Part shown: positions 1-11,949 of the stretch, piece after piece
Layout of the letters: the number at the start of each line of letters is the position of its first letter
Position numbering within the stretch: the stretch's first letter is position 1
Origin: Octopus vulgaris
Taxonomy: Eukaryota
Reading direction: 5' to 3'
Length of the DNA: 64,000 bases
Assembly: GCA_951406725.2 (NCBI GenBank)
Contig: OX597816.1
Location: forward strand, 147,870,001 to 147,934,000
Position numbers and translations under genes: made by a program
The notes under the pieces: generated by a model
Database searches by the model: none
Told to the model about the DNA's origin: nothing
Seen by the model: only the letters and a program-made list of their open reading frames with translations

Positions 1-570
1 AGCTGGGGTGAGATTTAAGGAAAATTTGGCTATTATCTCAAGCATGTCAAGCTTACATGTAATATTGTTGAATGATTTATTTGAATAAATACCGCTTCCT
101 TAGATTATTGATCGATTGACTATTGAAAAGAAATCAATATTGCATTTCAACAATAGGAATACAGTTCTGGTCTCTGATGTGAGAACTGGATCAATTGAAA
201 ACTGTTCTTAACGTCCTCTTTTATTAAACAGAGCATCTATCTCGCATTGAACGTAAAGGCAATTCCTCCCATTATGACAAAAAGGAATCCATAATGCTAT
301 GAGAATTTCTTAGAAATTTGGGAAGATTACTTCTTAAAAAATGAATTCCTCGTGGTTTATACAATTTTAATATTCTCATTCAGATTTATTATCTACTCCG
401 CAGTTAGGAACTATATCAAAAAGCGAAATAAATCGTTACTCGAAAATCACTTTTTTCAGCGCATTTAGTTCAAAGCAACCGAGGTGCTGTATGTTTGAAG
501 CTTAGGTAGATCATGCGTGTTGCAAATGTGAATATATAATATACACGAACATGCTCAAAGTGACGTCACA

Positions 571-606
<36 letters not shown>

Positions 607-609
607 ATT

Positions 610-1050
610 CACTTTAGCAATGCGCCTGTGGTCATCCTGGAGCACCACCATTATTTTGTATTTTCACATTCTTTTCTGGGTTGATTTCTCAGGGTGGTGC
701 GATTTCATATCACCATTTCTGTGTGTGATTTGCCAGAGGTTGTTGACCCATTTGGTATATGAGGGTGTTTAAAACTACTCTCTTCATCTGTACCTCATGC
801 TAGGTCGTTGGTTTATCCGGTATTGTGCAGAGGAGAATGTCCAGTTCCTTACTGGAGACATCTTTGTCTACATTCTGTAAGTTTTAATTTGTTTGGTAGG
901 GGATTGAAGCAACGTGGGCCTTAGAACCCTAAGCTTTCGCAGTACTTGGTCTTGCCTTTAGATGGGGTGGTGATATCTTTAGTACAATACAATGACGTAC
1001 AGCTCGAACAATCGTATAACACTCAATGCCAAAATTAGGTACCAACCCTT
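610..1050 (-). mobile_element. Decayed 3' end of a CR1/L2-group LINE (ORF2 C-terminus plus tail)
   Basis: Minus-strand translation across frameshifts gives KTKYCESLGF*GPRCFNPLP...DILLCTIPDKPTT*HEVQMKRVVLNTLIYQM, resembling a CR1-group ORF2 C-terminus. The tail tggtggtgctccaggatgaccacagg matches the SINE-A 3' tail. A homologous copy lies at 29795-30020. Confidence 0.65.
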
Positions 1051-1079
1051 CCGGAATTTTCAATCTGTAAATATTTACA

Positions 1080-1270
1080 TACAGGAGGGGCAGAGAGGGC
1101 GGACGATTTTGAAAATTTCAGAAGATCATTAAATATAGCTGCAAATAAATTTTATTGACATCGGTGTGTTCGTATTGCATTAGCATTTGTAAAAAGCAAG
1201 GGTGGAACTCAACATCCATCATGTGGTGTCTGTTTTCATTGATGCACTTCTGAAGGCTTCCAGTCTACTG
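1080..1270 (-). mobile_element. Tc1/mariner-superfamily 3' terminal fragment
   Basis: TA-cagg-type terminus at ~1080. Minus-strand LQKCINENRHHMMDVEFH resembles an ITm transposase C-terminus. Confidence 0.35.
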
Positions 1271-1764
1271 TCTACAAAATAAATTGCTAGATACACTTAC
1301 CTGGAGTCCACTGTTTAGTAATGAGCTTGTTTATCTTTAGGGTTCCACTGTGTACATGTGTGGACGGACGACGAGTGTGTACAAGCGGCGGTGGGATTTT
1401 AACATGTTTAACATTGGAATAGAAAATTATGTGGTTTGCCTGTCGTGCGTCGAGCACATCTAATCATACGTTATATGTGTGAATAATGTATGTATGTATG
1501 TATTTATGTATTATGTATGTATATATCTATATATGTATTTATATATGCATGCTGGCATCTTTGAAAGTATAAGCATACCTGTATTAATTTTATATAACTG
1601 TAAAGATACATAAATGGCACAAGTGAGTGTGTACGTATGCGTGTATGCGTGAGTGTATATGTGTGCCTGTTTCTGCGTTTGAGTGCGTCTGTATGTGTCC
1701 ATCTGTTCTTCTATTTTACCGATACGAAGCATCTGCCTTTTACACTAAATAATCATGAGATTTA

Positions 1765-2130
1765 TAAGCTTGCTTCCCAATCACATGGTTCTGGGTCCAG
1801 TCCTAATGTATGGCACCTTTGGCAGGTGTCTTGTACTATAGCATCGGACCGACCAAAGCCTTGTGTGTAGATTTTCTACCTTCTACCAAATATAGCCCGT
1901 GTATATATATATGGTGGACGCGCGTGCGTGTGTATGTTTGGCCCAACAGAATCACCACCGCTTGGCAATCGGGATAATTTGCATCCCCGTAACAAAGGTG
2001 TTCGGCAAAAGGCGCCAATATAAGTACCAGACTTTAAAAAGAAGTACTGGGGCCGACTCATTCAATCGACTGAATATTCAAGGCGGTGCCCTAGCATGGC
2101 CGCGGCCTAATGACAGAAACAAATAAAAGA
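1765..2130 (+). mobile_element. tRNA-derived SINE family A, diverged copy
   Basis: Colinear with the 23280-23690 copy: B-box remnant, ggcacctttggcaggtgtctt core, and ggcggtgccctagcatggccgc tail. Confidence 0.8.
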
Positions 2131-2514
2131 GAAGATAATACTGGGTTATGGATTTCTGTGGGGTACTTTTAATTTTCAATAATTTTTGTATTGCACAGTT
2201 GTTAGTAAATATAGGATTCTGGGAACGTTGTGAGCTGCAGTTATTAAGCTGGCTCTTCTGTTTTTTCGCATCGATTCAGAGGTCACAAACATCATGCATT
2301 AGAGGAATAACTCGTGGAAACATGGTGAATTGTGAATAATCTTGAGTACAACTATGTTATATGCAGACAGATAATGAACTGTATTCTTAAACACTTCTGC
2401 ACAATTGGCTGATTATTTCCTTTCCTAGACAAATGTTGGCATATTATACATGTTATATTCAGCCCCTAGTCTTGTATGCAGTATTGGTAAGAAGCAACTG
2501 ATGGTGCAACTTAC

Positions 2515-2566
2515 CGCAGATATTTAATTAAATATAAATGGTTTAAGATGTGATATTAAAATGCAG
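2515..2566 (-). CDS. Candidate terminal coding exon of the host gene (S-CILISHLKPFIFN*)
   Basis: Acceptor tgtcttgaatttccag and donor gtaagt. Phase is compatible with the 4282-4478 exon. The stop lies 9 nt before the donor. Confidence 0.35.
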
Positions 2567-2707
2567 CTGGAAATTCAAGACATAAACAGAAATAATTATA
2601 GATCATCTTTTGTCAGTTTACCCAGAATACATGTCCTCTTCTGTTGCAATATGTAATGTATAATCAAATATGTTTACACAAAGACATACAAATATATATA
2701 TCATATA

Positions 2708-3092
2708 GGCGCAGGAGTGGCTGTGTGGTAAGTAGCTTGCTTACCAACCACATGGTTCCGAGTTCAGTCCCACTGCGTGGCACCTTGGGCAAGTGTTTTC
2801 TACTATGGCCTCGGGCCGACCAAATCCTTGTGAGTAGATTTGGTAGACGGAAACTGAAAGAAGTCCGTCGTATATATGTATATATATATGTGTGTGTGTA
2901 TATGTTTGTGTGTCTGTGCTTGTCACTCCGACATCGCTTGGCAACCGATGCTGGTGTGTTCACGTCCCCGTAACTTAACGGTTCGGCAATACGAGACCGA
3001 TAGAATAAGTACTAGGCTTACAAAGAATAAGTCCTGGGGTCGATTTTTCCCTACTAAAGGCGGTGCTCCAGCATGAATATAACAAGTAAAAG
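2708..3092 (+). mobile_element. tRNA-derived SINE family A
   Basis: Head ggcgcaggagtggctgtgtgg (A box), agttcagtccc (B box), CORE-like ccttgggcaagtg, internal (TA)/(TG) tract, and aacaagtaaaaga tail. Confidence 0.9.
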
Positions 3093-4281
3093 AAGAATAT
3101 ATGATATCAGCTGATGAAGCACAACTAGACCTCATTAGGCACACAAACAGTTGCATAATCAAATACCTGTATCTTTGGAGAACTACGTTGCGTGGAAACA
3201 TTTGTAGTGATTAAAATAACTGTCCAAACATACACCTTCTTCTTGTCTCCAATTTCTTCAACATATATATATGTTTGTGTGCATATATATATTAATGTAA
3301 ATTTTCTCAAACATTTTATCACAGCTAGAGGATGAAAGAATTTCATGTTGCCACTATTGCAGCAAGAAAAATACATTTAAACATATATACACACACACTC
3401 TTACATACTTCCGTACGTACATACGTCCATACATATATATACATACACATGCATTATACATACAATCACACATACATACATAATACATACATACTATAAA
3501 AGGGGTGAATTATCACAATTCCAATTGTTTAAATGAATTAATGAAATATTCGGTCATCGACATCGTGGAATCTTTTTTTTCGCAAATTAATCATCAATGT
3601 TAGTAAAGAAACTGAATTAATTGATTCATTCGATATTTTAGTTGTCTTTTGTTTCTATCAAATTTGAATCTTCAAGAATATTGTCCTCCTTTACAATGGG
3701 TAGCCGCATATAGCCTTCTGTCTATATGTTAATTTAAATGGATAAATAATAGAACCAAACTGCTGGTTAATGCATATAAATTGGAGCTCATGGTAAAGGA
3801 TTCTTCAAAAAATGTTTACTTTTACTACCCTGCGGATAACTGGAATGAAAGGATTTGCAAGTATTTTCGCAAGTAATTAACATCTATTGAATGATCCAAG
3901 ATGATGAAGAACATTATACGAATGCATAATGGCTTAATAACCCTCTGAGACACAATGCATATATGTGTGTGTGTTTATGTATGTAGGTGTATATACATTT
4001 CTATTTACGTATGTATATATGTATGTATGCTTGTATGTATGCATATATGTATGATTATATTTATGTATACATGTATGTACACATCCATAATAATTGTTGA
4101 TTTGTGATTTGCAGTATCAAGGCATAAGTTTAAAACTATAATTATATGTCAGAGTTTATACGCAATTCTTCGTTGAATGCCTCGCAGAAAATGTTGACAT
4201 GTAAGCAAAATTATCATTACATTGTGAACAACAATCATTCATGAAATTCCATATATTTACATAATTGACACTGTGTTTTAC

Positions 4282-4478
4282 CTTTCTTCTTTTCTAAATT
4301 CAACATTCAATTCTTTGATTTCTACTTTTGGTCCTGAACCTAATGTCAACGAACAGGCCAATTGCTTTTGACGGCGTAAACCAGGTGAAACCATGTGATG
4401 CAAAAGGATGTTTTGGACTCCATAAGATAGATCAGATATTAATGATTGGATTTTCTCGACTTGCTTCTTTATATTTTC
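4282..4478 (-). CDS. Internal coding exon of an unidentified host gene (ENIKKQVEKIQSLISDLSYGVQNILLHHMVSPGLRRQKQLACSLTLGSGPKVEIKELNVEFRKEE)
   Basis: 197-nt open, non-repetitive frame bounded by the acceptor ctttccatttgtcag and the donor aag|gtaaaa. Phase 0 to phase 2. Confidence 0.65.
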
Positions 4479-4642
4479 CTGACAAATGGAAAGTTAACTG
4501 AAAAATTTCCAATGTTTTCATTTGATATGTTCTGTGTCAGACCATAAATTATAGAATTATGTAAAATACTGTGAATATAGAATTTACAAACAGCGGTTGT
4601 TGCAGTGCGCATTTTCATCTATTTTATGTTACTTGAATTTGC

Positions 4643-4810
4643 CTTTACAACTGTCAGACATGAAAATTTGTAGACGACTTTAGTACCCAAATTTGTACCA
4701 GCCAGCAAATAACTCATCATGCATTCGCTATTTTCAGGAGCATGTAACACTTTAATGTCCATTCGTTTAGATGTCAGGCATGAAAATGGAAAGAAAACAA
4801 AATTGTTAAC
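4643..4810 (-). CDS. Internal coding exon of the same host gene (VNNFVFFPFSCLTSKRMDIKVLHAPENSECMMSYLLAGTNLGTKVVYKFSCLTVVK)
   Basis: Strong polypyrimidine acceptor ccttctctttcatacattatgcag and an open frame. The in-phase donor is either aag|gcaaat (GC) or gtt|gtaaag. About 165 nt of intron separates it from the next exon. Confidence 0.55.
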
Positions 4811-7599
4811 CTGCATAATGTATGAAAGAGAAGGCAATAAAATAAAAGTTTATTAAATAATCGTTCGCAATAAATAACTGAATATTACTGTTGTTCTTGA
4901 TATTTGATCAGAAACACAATTTAAAAAGTATTATCATTGATTAAATATTGTCTAAGTTAGAAAACGTTACAATTACAGCATCGTAATTTTTTCTTTCGCG
5001 ACCGAATAATATATAATTCCATTTTAATGTACTCTTCAGATACACCATTAACACTTACAGACGATCTCCGAGACTAGCAATGCAAAATAAATGTCTAAGC
5101 ATTAGACATCTGCTTAAAATATAGATCAAAACTGTTTACAATCTTTAAATTATGTATCAAATTCAACGTAACCAGAAAAGATAGTAATCACTAAGGCTAG
5201 AAAAAGAATATGATGGGCCATTCCCTTCACACGTAAATATTCTCAATAGTCACCAATGAAAGATTTTTTAAAAAGTACTCCAATGGAGTCACTAAAAAAT
5301 ACTCTCATTGTTAAAACAATCAGCGTAGACAGGAAGATAAAGTAATGCTATATCATAATTGAATATCGTGGAATAGTTATGCTATATAATATGCGAAGAC
5401 ATAATTATCAATTAAGAGGTATTAGACACCAGGTTGTTGAATGACCCTTGGTTTAAGAGTTAAGAAAGGTGACGTTTCACTTTAATATGAGGGACTGTTT
5501 TATTCTGCCAAATTTTGATATTCACATAGAGATTTCTATTCCTAATTTCTTCTCCAACAGGTATTTTCTCAAAAACATTATTTGAAACTAGTTGGTGGCG
5601 TTAAATTCTTTACATATGATGACTGAATATCGCAAACATTATTGTAAGAAACTGAGAAACATCCCTTCTGTTTTACAAATTCAAAAATGTTATTAATGTA
5701 TGGTGGAAGGGTGTGCTTAAAGCAAAACTGTTGCTTTTCTTCTACTTTATTTCAGTCAAAAATATAATCATAGCAAATGTGTTTTGTAAATGAATTAACT
5801 CTGGCCTAAAGAGAAAGATGATGATTGATAATATCAAGCCGAATATAATTGAATATATTAAATGTAATGTTACATATTGTCAATGGACCTGTTTTCCCCT
5901 TTTTACTACTTTTATAAATTGTCAAAATTTATCCACTTGGCAACTTTATAATAAAACCTCATTGATTGGAGAAACACGTCAAAACCTTGCTTGCCATTTA
6001 TGTAATACATATGCATACTATGCCAAGGAGGGTTATTTCGAAACTGACTGTTTCGTTTCAAAGTAATATTTTTGAGGCTCAATTTTCATAGAGTGGTATG
6101 TAGAGTAAGAAGTTAGCCATCGAAAGCTATTTCAACTTCCGGTTAAATTTATTGCTCGTAACTTATTTGCCACAAATAGTTTCAGGAAAGATACAAGTTT
6201 TAGAATCTCTCATTAGCAGTCATTTTGAAACTCACGTTGCAAATACAATGACAATAAATTGTGTTCAACTTCTTTTAATTTAGTATCTTTAGAAATCAAT
6301 ATTTACAATTCACAGAAAGTCACACTATAAAACAAATGTTCATTACTCAATTTATAGTAATTCCCTAGCAAACTTTTCTACATCTCATTTTTTTTTAATG
6401 AAATTATATTGTTTCAATTTAATTAAATATTATTTCAATAAATTTTGTTTTGTTTACATACATTTTGTAAATTTTTTACCTTTGCTAAAATAAAAAGATT
6501 AGCTGATCATTAAATTTAATTGAAATGATTTTAATAAAATAGGAAAAAGTAATAAAATTATTTACTAAAAACAGAAAAGTCTAGCAGTTTAGTCACAGGT
6601 CAGACAACATTTTTTATAAACAATCTAATTCCTTCCAGTCAAAGAGGAACGATTCAAGGAACTACACCTACCATTCAAAATCCCACATTTACTGAAATGT
6701 CTAAGAAATCTTGTCTTTACTAGCATTGCTCTACAGTGAAAACATTGGACGTATCTGTTATGTTTTCTATAGATCCTGTCTCTAATATACAGATACCATC
6801 AGCCTGATAATGAACGAGTGTACTATTTGTTTCAATTGTAATAAATGTACATTCTCACAGTTTTCAACAGTTCATGATATTATAAAGTATCAAATTGTAT
6901 AACAACGCCATTACTGTGACAAAATATATAACCATGTGACATGCAGAGAATGATATGTTAATTTACTGATATGGAAAACTTATTAAGCGAAAAACAAGTA
7001 GGCGATAACTTACCCATACACATACATGCACACACACACATACACATAGAATAGAGTGCGGATTGATAGCATGTACGATACGCTCGTAAAATGATCTAGG
7101 TAACTAAGTTTTTTTGGGAACTACTATGCGAAGCTTGGAACAACATGAATGTATGTATATTTCTCAATGCACAGTGGAGGAATAGAACATTGAATTTTCT
7201 GATCGTGACTCCAACAAGATATCCAAAAGTCGACGCGCTTTCACACATAAATGCACACACATATCTCCTGACTTCAGGTTTATCTATGTATCTATGTATG
7301 TATGTATATATATATGTATGTATGTATCTATCTGTCTATCTATTTATTTATCTATGTATGTATAGATAGTTTGCTGTTCTGTTCAGGTAAAATCAACAAA
7401 GAACTACACCAGTCAGTGATAGGCAAATTTCCCTGTACTAAAATACACTGCTGCTAATAGCTTCTTGCGATTAAGAGACGCGGTTAGGGATCATATAAAA
7501 AACTGCCCAATCACATGTGTTAATGGCATGAAACTATTAGTTATACTTATTTTATACAACATACATTAAATGTTATATATAGATAACGAAAAGTGCAAA

Positions 7600-7876
7600 A
7601 ACTCCCTTCGGTCATGAATGCCTATGGCATTGCACCTAGAAAGTTCAATTCCTAGGCACAAGTCCGACCAAGGTATTTATGGAAAACCAGCAGTCGACCA
7701 TGCATACTGCCCTCTTCTTTCCACGCCACCGATGTTATCTTAGGGAAAGTCAACGGCAGGTACAGCTTGGTACCACTGACGTTGAAACTCACTTTTGCAG
7801 CTGAATGAAATGGAGCAACGTGAAATAAAGACTGTTGCTCAAGAACACGTCACACAGCTCAGTCTGGGAATCAAGC

Positions 7877-7879
<3 letters not shown>
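7600..7879 (-). mobile_element. tRNA-derived SINE family C (5'-clipped)
   Basis: Minus strand reads gggcttgattccc (B-box-like), then gtgttcttgagcaacagtctttatttcacgttgctcca, a SINE central-domain-like segment. Confidence 0.6.

Positions 7880-7970
<91 letters not shown>
7880..7970. repeat. (TA)n(TG)n microsatellite
   Basis: Direct inspection. Confidence 0.97.
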
Positions 7971-9027
7971 CATATACAAGAAAATGAGATGGCAAAGGAA
8001 TAAAGGACTATCTTACGAACTTCATTAGCTTACAACTGTTTCTGCTATGAGATGCAGTAGAATCATAGTTGTGTCCGGAGTGAGTAAGGGTGTGTGTGTG
8101 TGTGTGTGTGTGCGTGTATGTGTGTGTGTGAGTTTGTGTGTGTATGTGTGAGTGAGTGAATGTGTTTATATATGTGTGCGCTCGTGCGCTAGAGAGAGCA
8201 GTAATCCGCTCCAGCTGGTAATATATAGAAAAATAAGTGACAACCAGTCACTAATCTTGCAACAGAGCAAAGTAGCTAGTCCAAAAATATCCACAAGAGA
8301 TGAAAGTAGTTACTGAGAAGTAATGTTTATCGCCACTTCAATACGACTGTTCTGTAGGAACCATCGTTTCTACCGTTTTTAACCCCAAATAGAGCACACT
8401 CCTGCTGCTTATCGATGCAGTTTGCGCGAGATATATATGGCAGTCAGTGGATGGAACCCCTACCATCTTCTAGAGATGGCAATGGGACCATCAGCGTCGC
8501 TAGTAAATGTATCACGTCTTTTAACAAGTTGGTGTAATTATAATTCGTAATTTTTTCTTTGCAATTTAATTAAATTTTTAATCAATTAAAACTTGTGTAA
8601 TGTTCTTTTTGATTTTATTCAATTCCTCATTAATAAGCAATGATTATTTTATCGCTTCTATATATCTTATTATTTTTATTAAGCAAACCTAATGCTATCC
8701 TTGCCTTTTTTATATATAATTCCAATTATATTTTCGGGTTCCAGGCAGTTTAAATGAATTAAAATTTGTTTATGCTTTTGTTGCTTTCGAAATGTATATT
8801 TAGTTTCTTTTGTAAATTCTGTTTTATCACAAGTACCTATGTATTATTTATTTTTGTCTTGTAATTGGCAAACAGTGTTTAAATATTTTTGACGTTGTCA
8901 ACGCCGCCGGATTGATCGGTACTATTAGGTGTCAAAACCGTTATTATGCCAATACAGTAATTATAACGTGATGTCTATGCCAATTTAGATCAAAATTATT
9001 GTTGTGATATACATGAGGTTGCTTATA

Positions 9028-9360
9028 TTTACCCTGCGCGCGTAATTGAAAGCAAGGTATTGTAGTCGTTCGTTTTTCTGTGTGTGTTTGCAAAATTACT
9101 GGAAAACGGCTGAACAGATTTTCACCAATTTTTTTTTTTTTTTTTGACAGAAATACTCATTGGGTCAGTGCCTCGAACTTATTCAATTTTGGTTCGGTGA
9201 ATCAAAACGGTTTTTTCTTTGTTACATATGCATAAACGATAGGCAGAAAATATAACACTTGATGTCATTTTGTTGAAATATGAAATCGTCTGAGATTAAA
9301 TTAAATTTTATTTTATCCTTTTTTGCGCGCAGTGTATGCATCGCTACCCTGACCCTTTTG
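9028..9360 (+). mobile_element. Helentron-associated non-autonomous element (HINE/DINE-1-like), copy 1
   Basis: 5' tttaccctgcgcgc with inverted subterminal gcgcgcagtgta at 9325-9336, a 5' partial inverted repeat (gcaaggta), a short TG tract, a DINE-1-like core aaaacggctgaacagattttcaccaattt, and T-rich ends. Confidence 0.7.
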
Positions 9361-9367
9361 TTTTTCA

Positions 9368-9672
9368 TTACCCTGCGCGCGTAAAGGAGAGCAAGGTATT
9401 ATAGTCGTTCGTTTTAGTCTGTTTGTGTTTGCAAAATTACTCACCTAATTTGGCAGAATTACGTATTGGGGGAGTGGCTCGAGCTCATTAAAATTTGGTT
9501 CGGTGAATCAAAATGTATTTTTTTCTTTGTTACATATGCTTAAAGGATAAGTAGGGAAATAACACTTGATGTCATTTTGTTGAAATATGAAATTGTCTGA
9601 GATTATTTATTTAGATTATATCTTATCCCTGTGTATGCGCAAAGTTTGCATCGCTACTCCGATACCTTTTTT
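9368..9672 (+). mobile_element. HINE/DINE-1-like element, tandem copy 2
   Basis: Head-to-tail diverged duplicate of 9028-9360 with an internal deletion. Confidence 0.7.
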
Positions 9673-10239
9673 CATTTCCTTCTGTGGTTCTTACTCATAA
9701 TCTTTGTATTATTATTTGTTCTCCTGGTCATTAAGGATTTTCCTTACGGTTCCTATTAGATGGGGTTTAGTGTTACTGTTTCTGTTATCAGCTCATCATT
9801 CTGTATTAAAGGTTTATTAGATTCTTAAATTTAATCGCATCAAGACGGAAGTTTCAATAAGTGCTCGTCATATTAAATTAAGAAATTAGCGGCATTGCAA
9901 TTATAGATATTATCTGTTAATTACATTATAGCGAACTTGCGACACACCAACACGCACTCACGCGCGCACACACAGAGACGCACATGCACATGCACACACA
10001 CACACTTACACACACACACACACAAACATTTACAGACGCACACAGGTACACAGACACACACACGTATTAACTGTATCTGGTTATGGAAGTAAGAAAGAAG
10101 GAATATAAGGTAGGTGATAGATACCAAAACACGGAAAAATGAAGGTGGATGACCATTGGATATATCCTACGTATAGAGGAATAGCTGCAAAGGGAGCAAA
10201 CGATATGTAGACAGGTATGTAGTTAGTTCTATCTGTTTG

Positions 10240-10745
10240 TATGTATGTATGTATGTATGTATGTATGTATGTATGTATGTATGTATGTATGTATGTATGA
10301 GTGTATGTATGTATTTATATATTTATGCATGTATGTATGTATGTATGTACGTATGTATTGAATGATGGATGGTTGGGTGGATTGATGGATGGATGGTTAC
10401 AGGTATGTATGTACGAATGTATGTATGTGGGTAAGCGAGTAGATAGCTAGGTAGATGTTAGGTTGGTTGACAGGTAGGTAGGTAGGTTGTAGGTAGCTAG
10501 GTAGGTTGGTAGGTAGGTTGGTAGGTAGGTAGGTAGGTAGGTAGGTAGGTAGGTAGGTAGGTAGGTAGGTAAATAGGTAGGTAGGTAGGTAGGTAGATAG
10601 GTAGGTAGGTAGGTAGGTTGGTAGGTAGGTAGGTAGGTAGGTAGGTAGGTAGGTAGGTAGGTAGGTAGGTAGGTAGGTAGGTAGGTAGGTAGGTAGGTAG
10701 GGAGATATGGAGGTAGGTAGGTATATATGGAGGTAGGTAGGTACG
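10240..10745. repeat. Compound (ATGT)n / (GGAT)n / (AGGT)n microsatellite block
   Basis: Direct inspection. It is the source of the PTYL-repeat ORFs. Confidence 0.97.
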
Positions 10746-11949
10746 TACGTATGTACGTAAGTCATTAGGTAGGTATATTAGAGCGGGTTCTAAAAATGTG
10801 TCAAATTCCGAAATAGTTGATAAAAGCAGGAAATAAGGGAAAAGAATGGGAAGAGAATAAAATGACTTGTCTAGAAAGATCAATGTAGAAGATAGATGCA
10901 AAAGAGAATGAGAAACTTCACAACGTAAACTTACACAAAGAAAGCGACTAAACAGCAGATAATACAGTATGAAACTAAAACAAGAAAAATAGAGATAGCA
11001 ACGGTTTCTGAAATCGATAAAGGATTGAAATAAAAGGAAACAGGGATAAATAAAGAACTGTTGTAAAGGAGTGATAGAGAAATGGCTAGTTTAAAAATTG
11101 AAGTGAAATAAATATATAAATTTATAAATAGCTTGATAACAAAATAGCAGAGTGACAGGACCGAAGTAGAATTTAAAAGAGAAAAATGGAGTAAACTTGG
11201 GGAAATAAAGTTTTATAAACACAGGAGAGTTACAGCAATATTAGTCTTTAAAGGTTAGTCAAAGATGAAGAGCAGTGCATATGACGTTTTCGGATCAAGG
11301 TCATGATTTTGGCCAGCTCTGCCAGACGTGTGTGATTAATTGCTTTGCGTTCAGTTAGAAAATTGTTTAAATTAATGTTTGGAGGGGAAAAAAGAGCATG
11401 AGTGTGAGGATATTCCTCGGGGTTGCATTGTTGGTCAGTAACGTCCAGACGAATTTCTAACTTCGTTTTGTGAGGAGATTAAAAATAATGAATGGGACAC
11501 ATTTGTATGTATGTGTGTTATATGAATGTATTTATATTGTATGTATGCATATTGTATGTACGTGTGTATGTATGTACGCATGCATGTACGTATGTATGTA
11601 TACATGTATGTATGAGCCTACGTATATTTATGTATATATGTGTGTATGTATATATGTATGTATTTATGTATGTGTGCATGCATGCATATGTACGTAAGCT
11701 AATGGAAGTTTACCAAAGCTCCTAACACATGGGTGTGTTAACTAGATTATCCGTATTTTTTCTAATTAGCTGAGGTATTTTTTACAATAAGCATAGACTG
11801 CACTCAACCTCGGCGAAACAAAGATATTGGGCCTTTTATGTTTTCACTTGATAGAAGTTTTGGTAAGAATTTTTCACCAACATTCCTTATGTTCGTATTT
11901 GTGTATGTATTCAATAACAATGGGATTCTCTTTCTTTTTATCTCAGGAC

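Noticed and set aside
2708-2780. tRNA-like sequences here and at 23280, 34280-34360, 41680 and 58267
   Set aside because: A/B boxes are present, but there is no complete cloverleaf and they continue into repeat bodies. They are SINE heads, not tRNA genes.
5059-5109. Possible 51-nt minus-strand exon (CLMLRHLFCIASLGDR)
   Set aside because: Splice sites are plausible, but the phase is incompatible with the 4810 exon. Unsupported.
8020-8075. GAAAC-agtt-GUA half-hammerhead on the minus strand
   Set aside because: No intact CUGANGA and no stem I partner.
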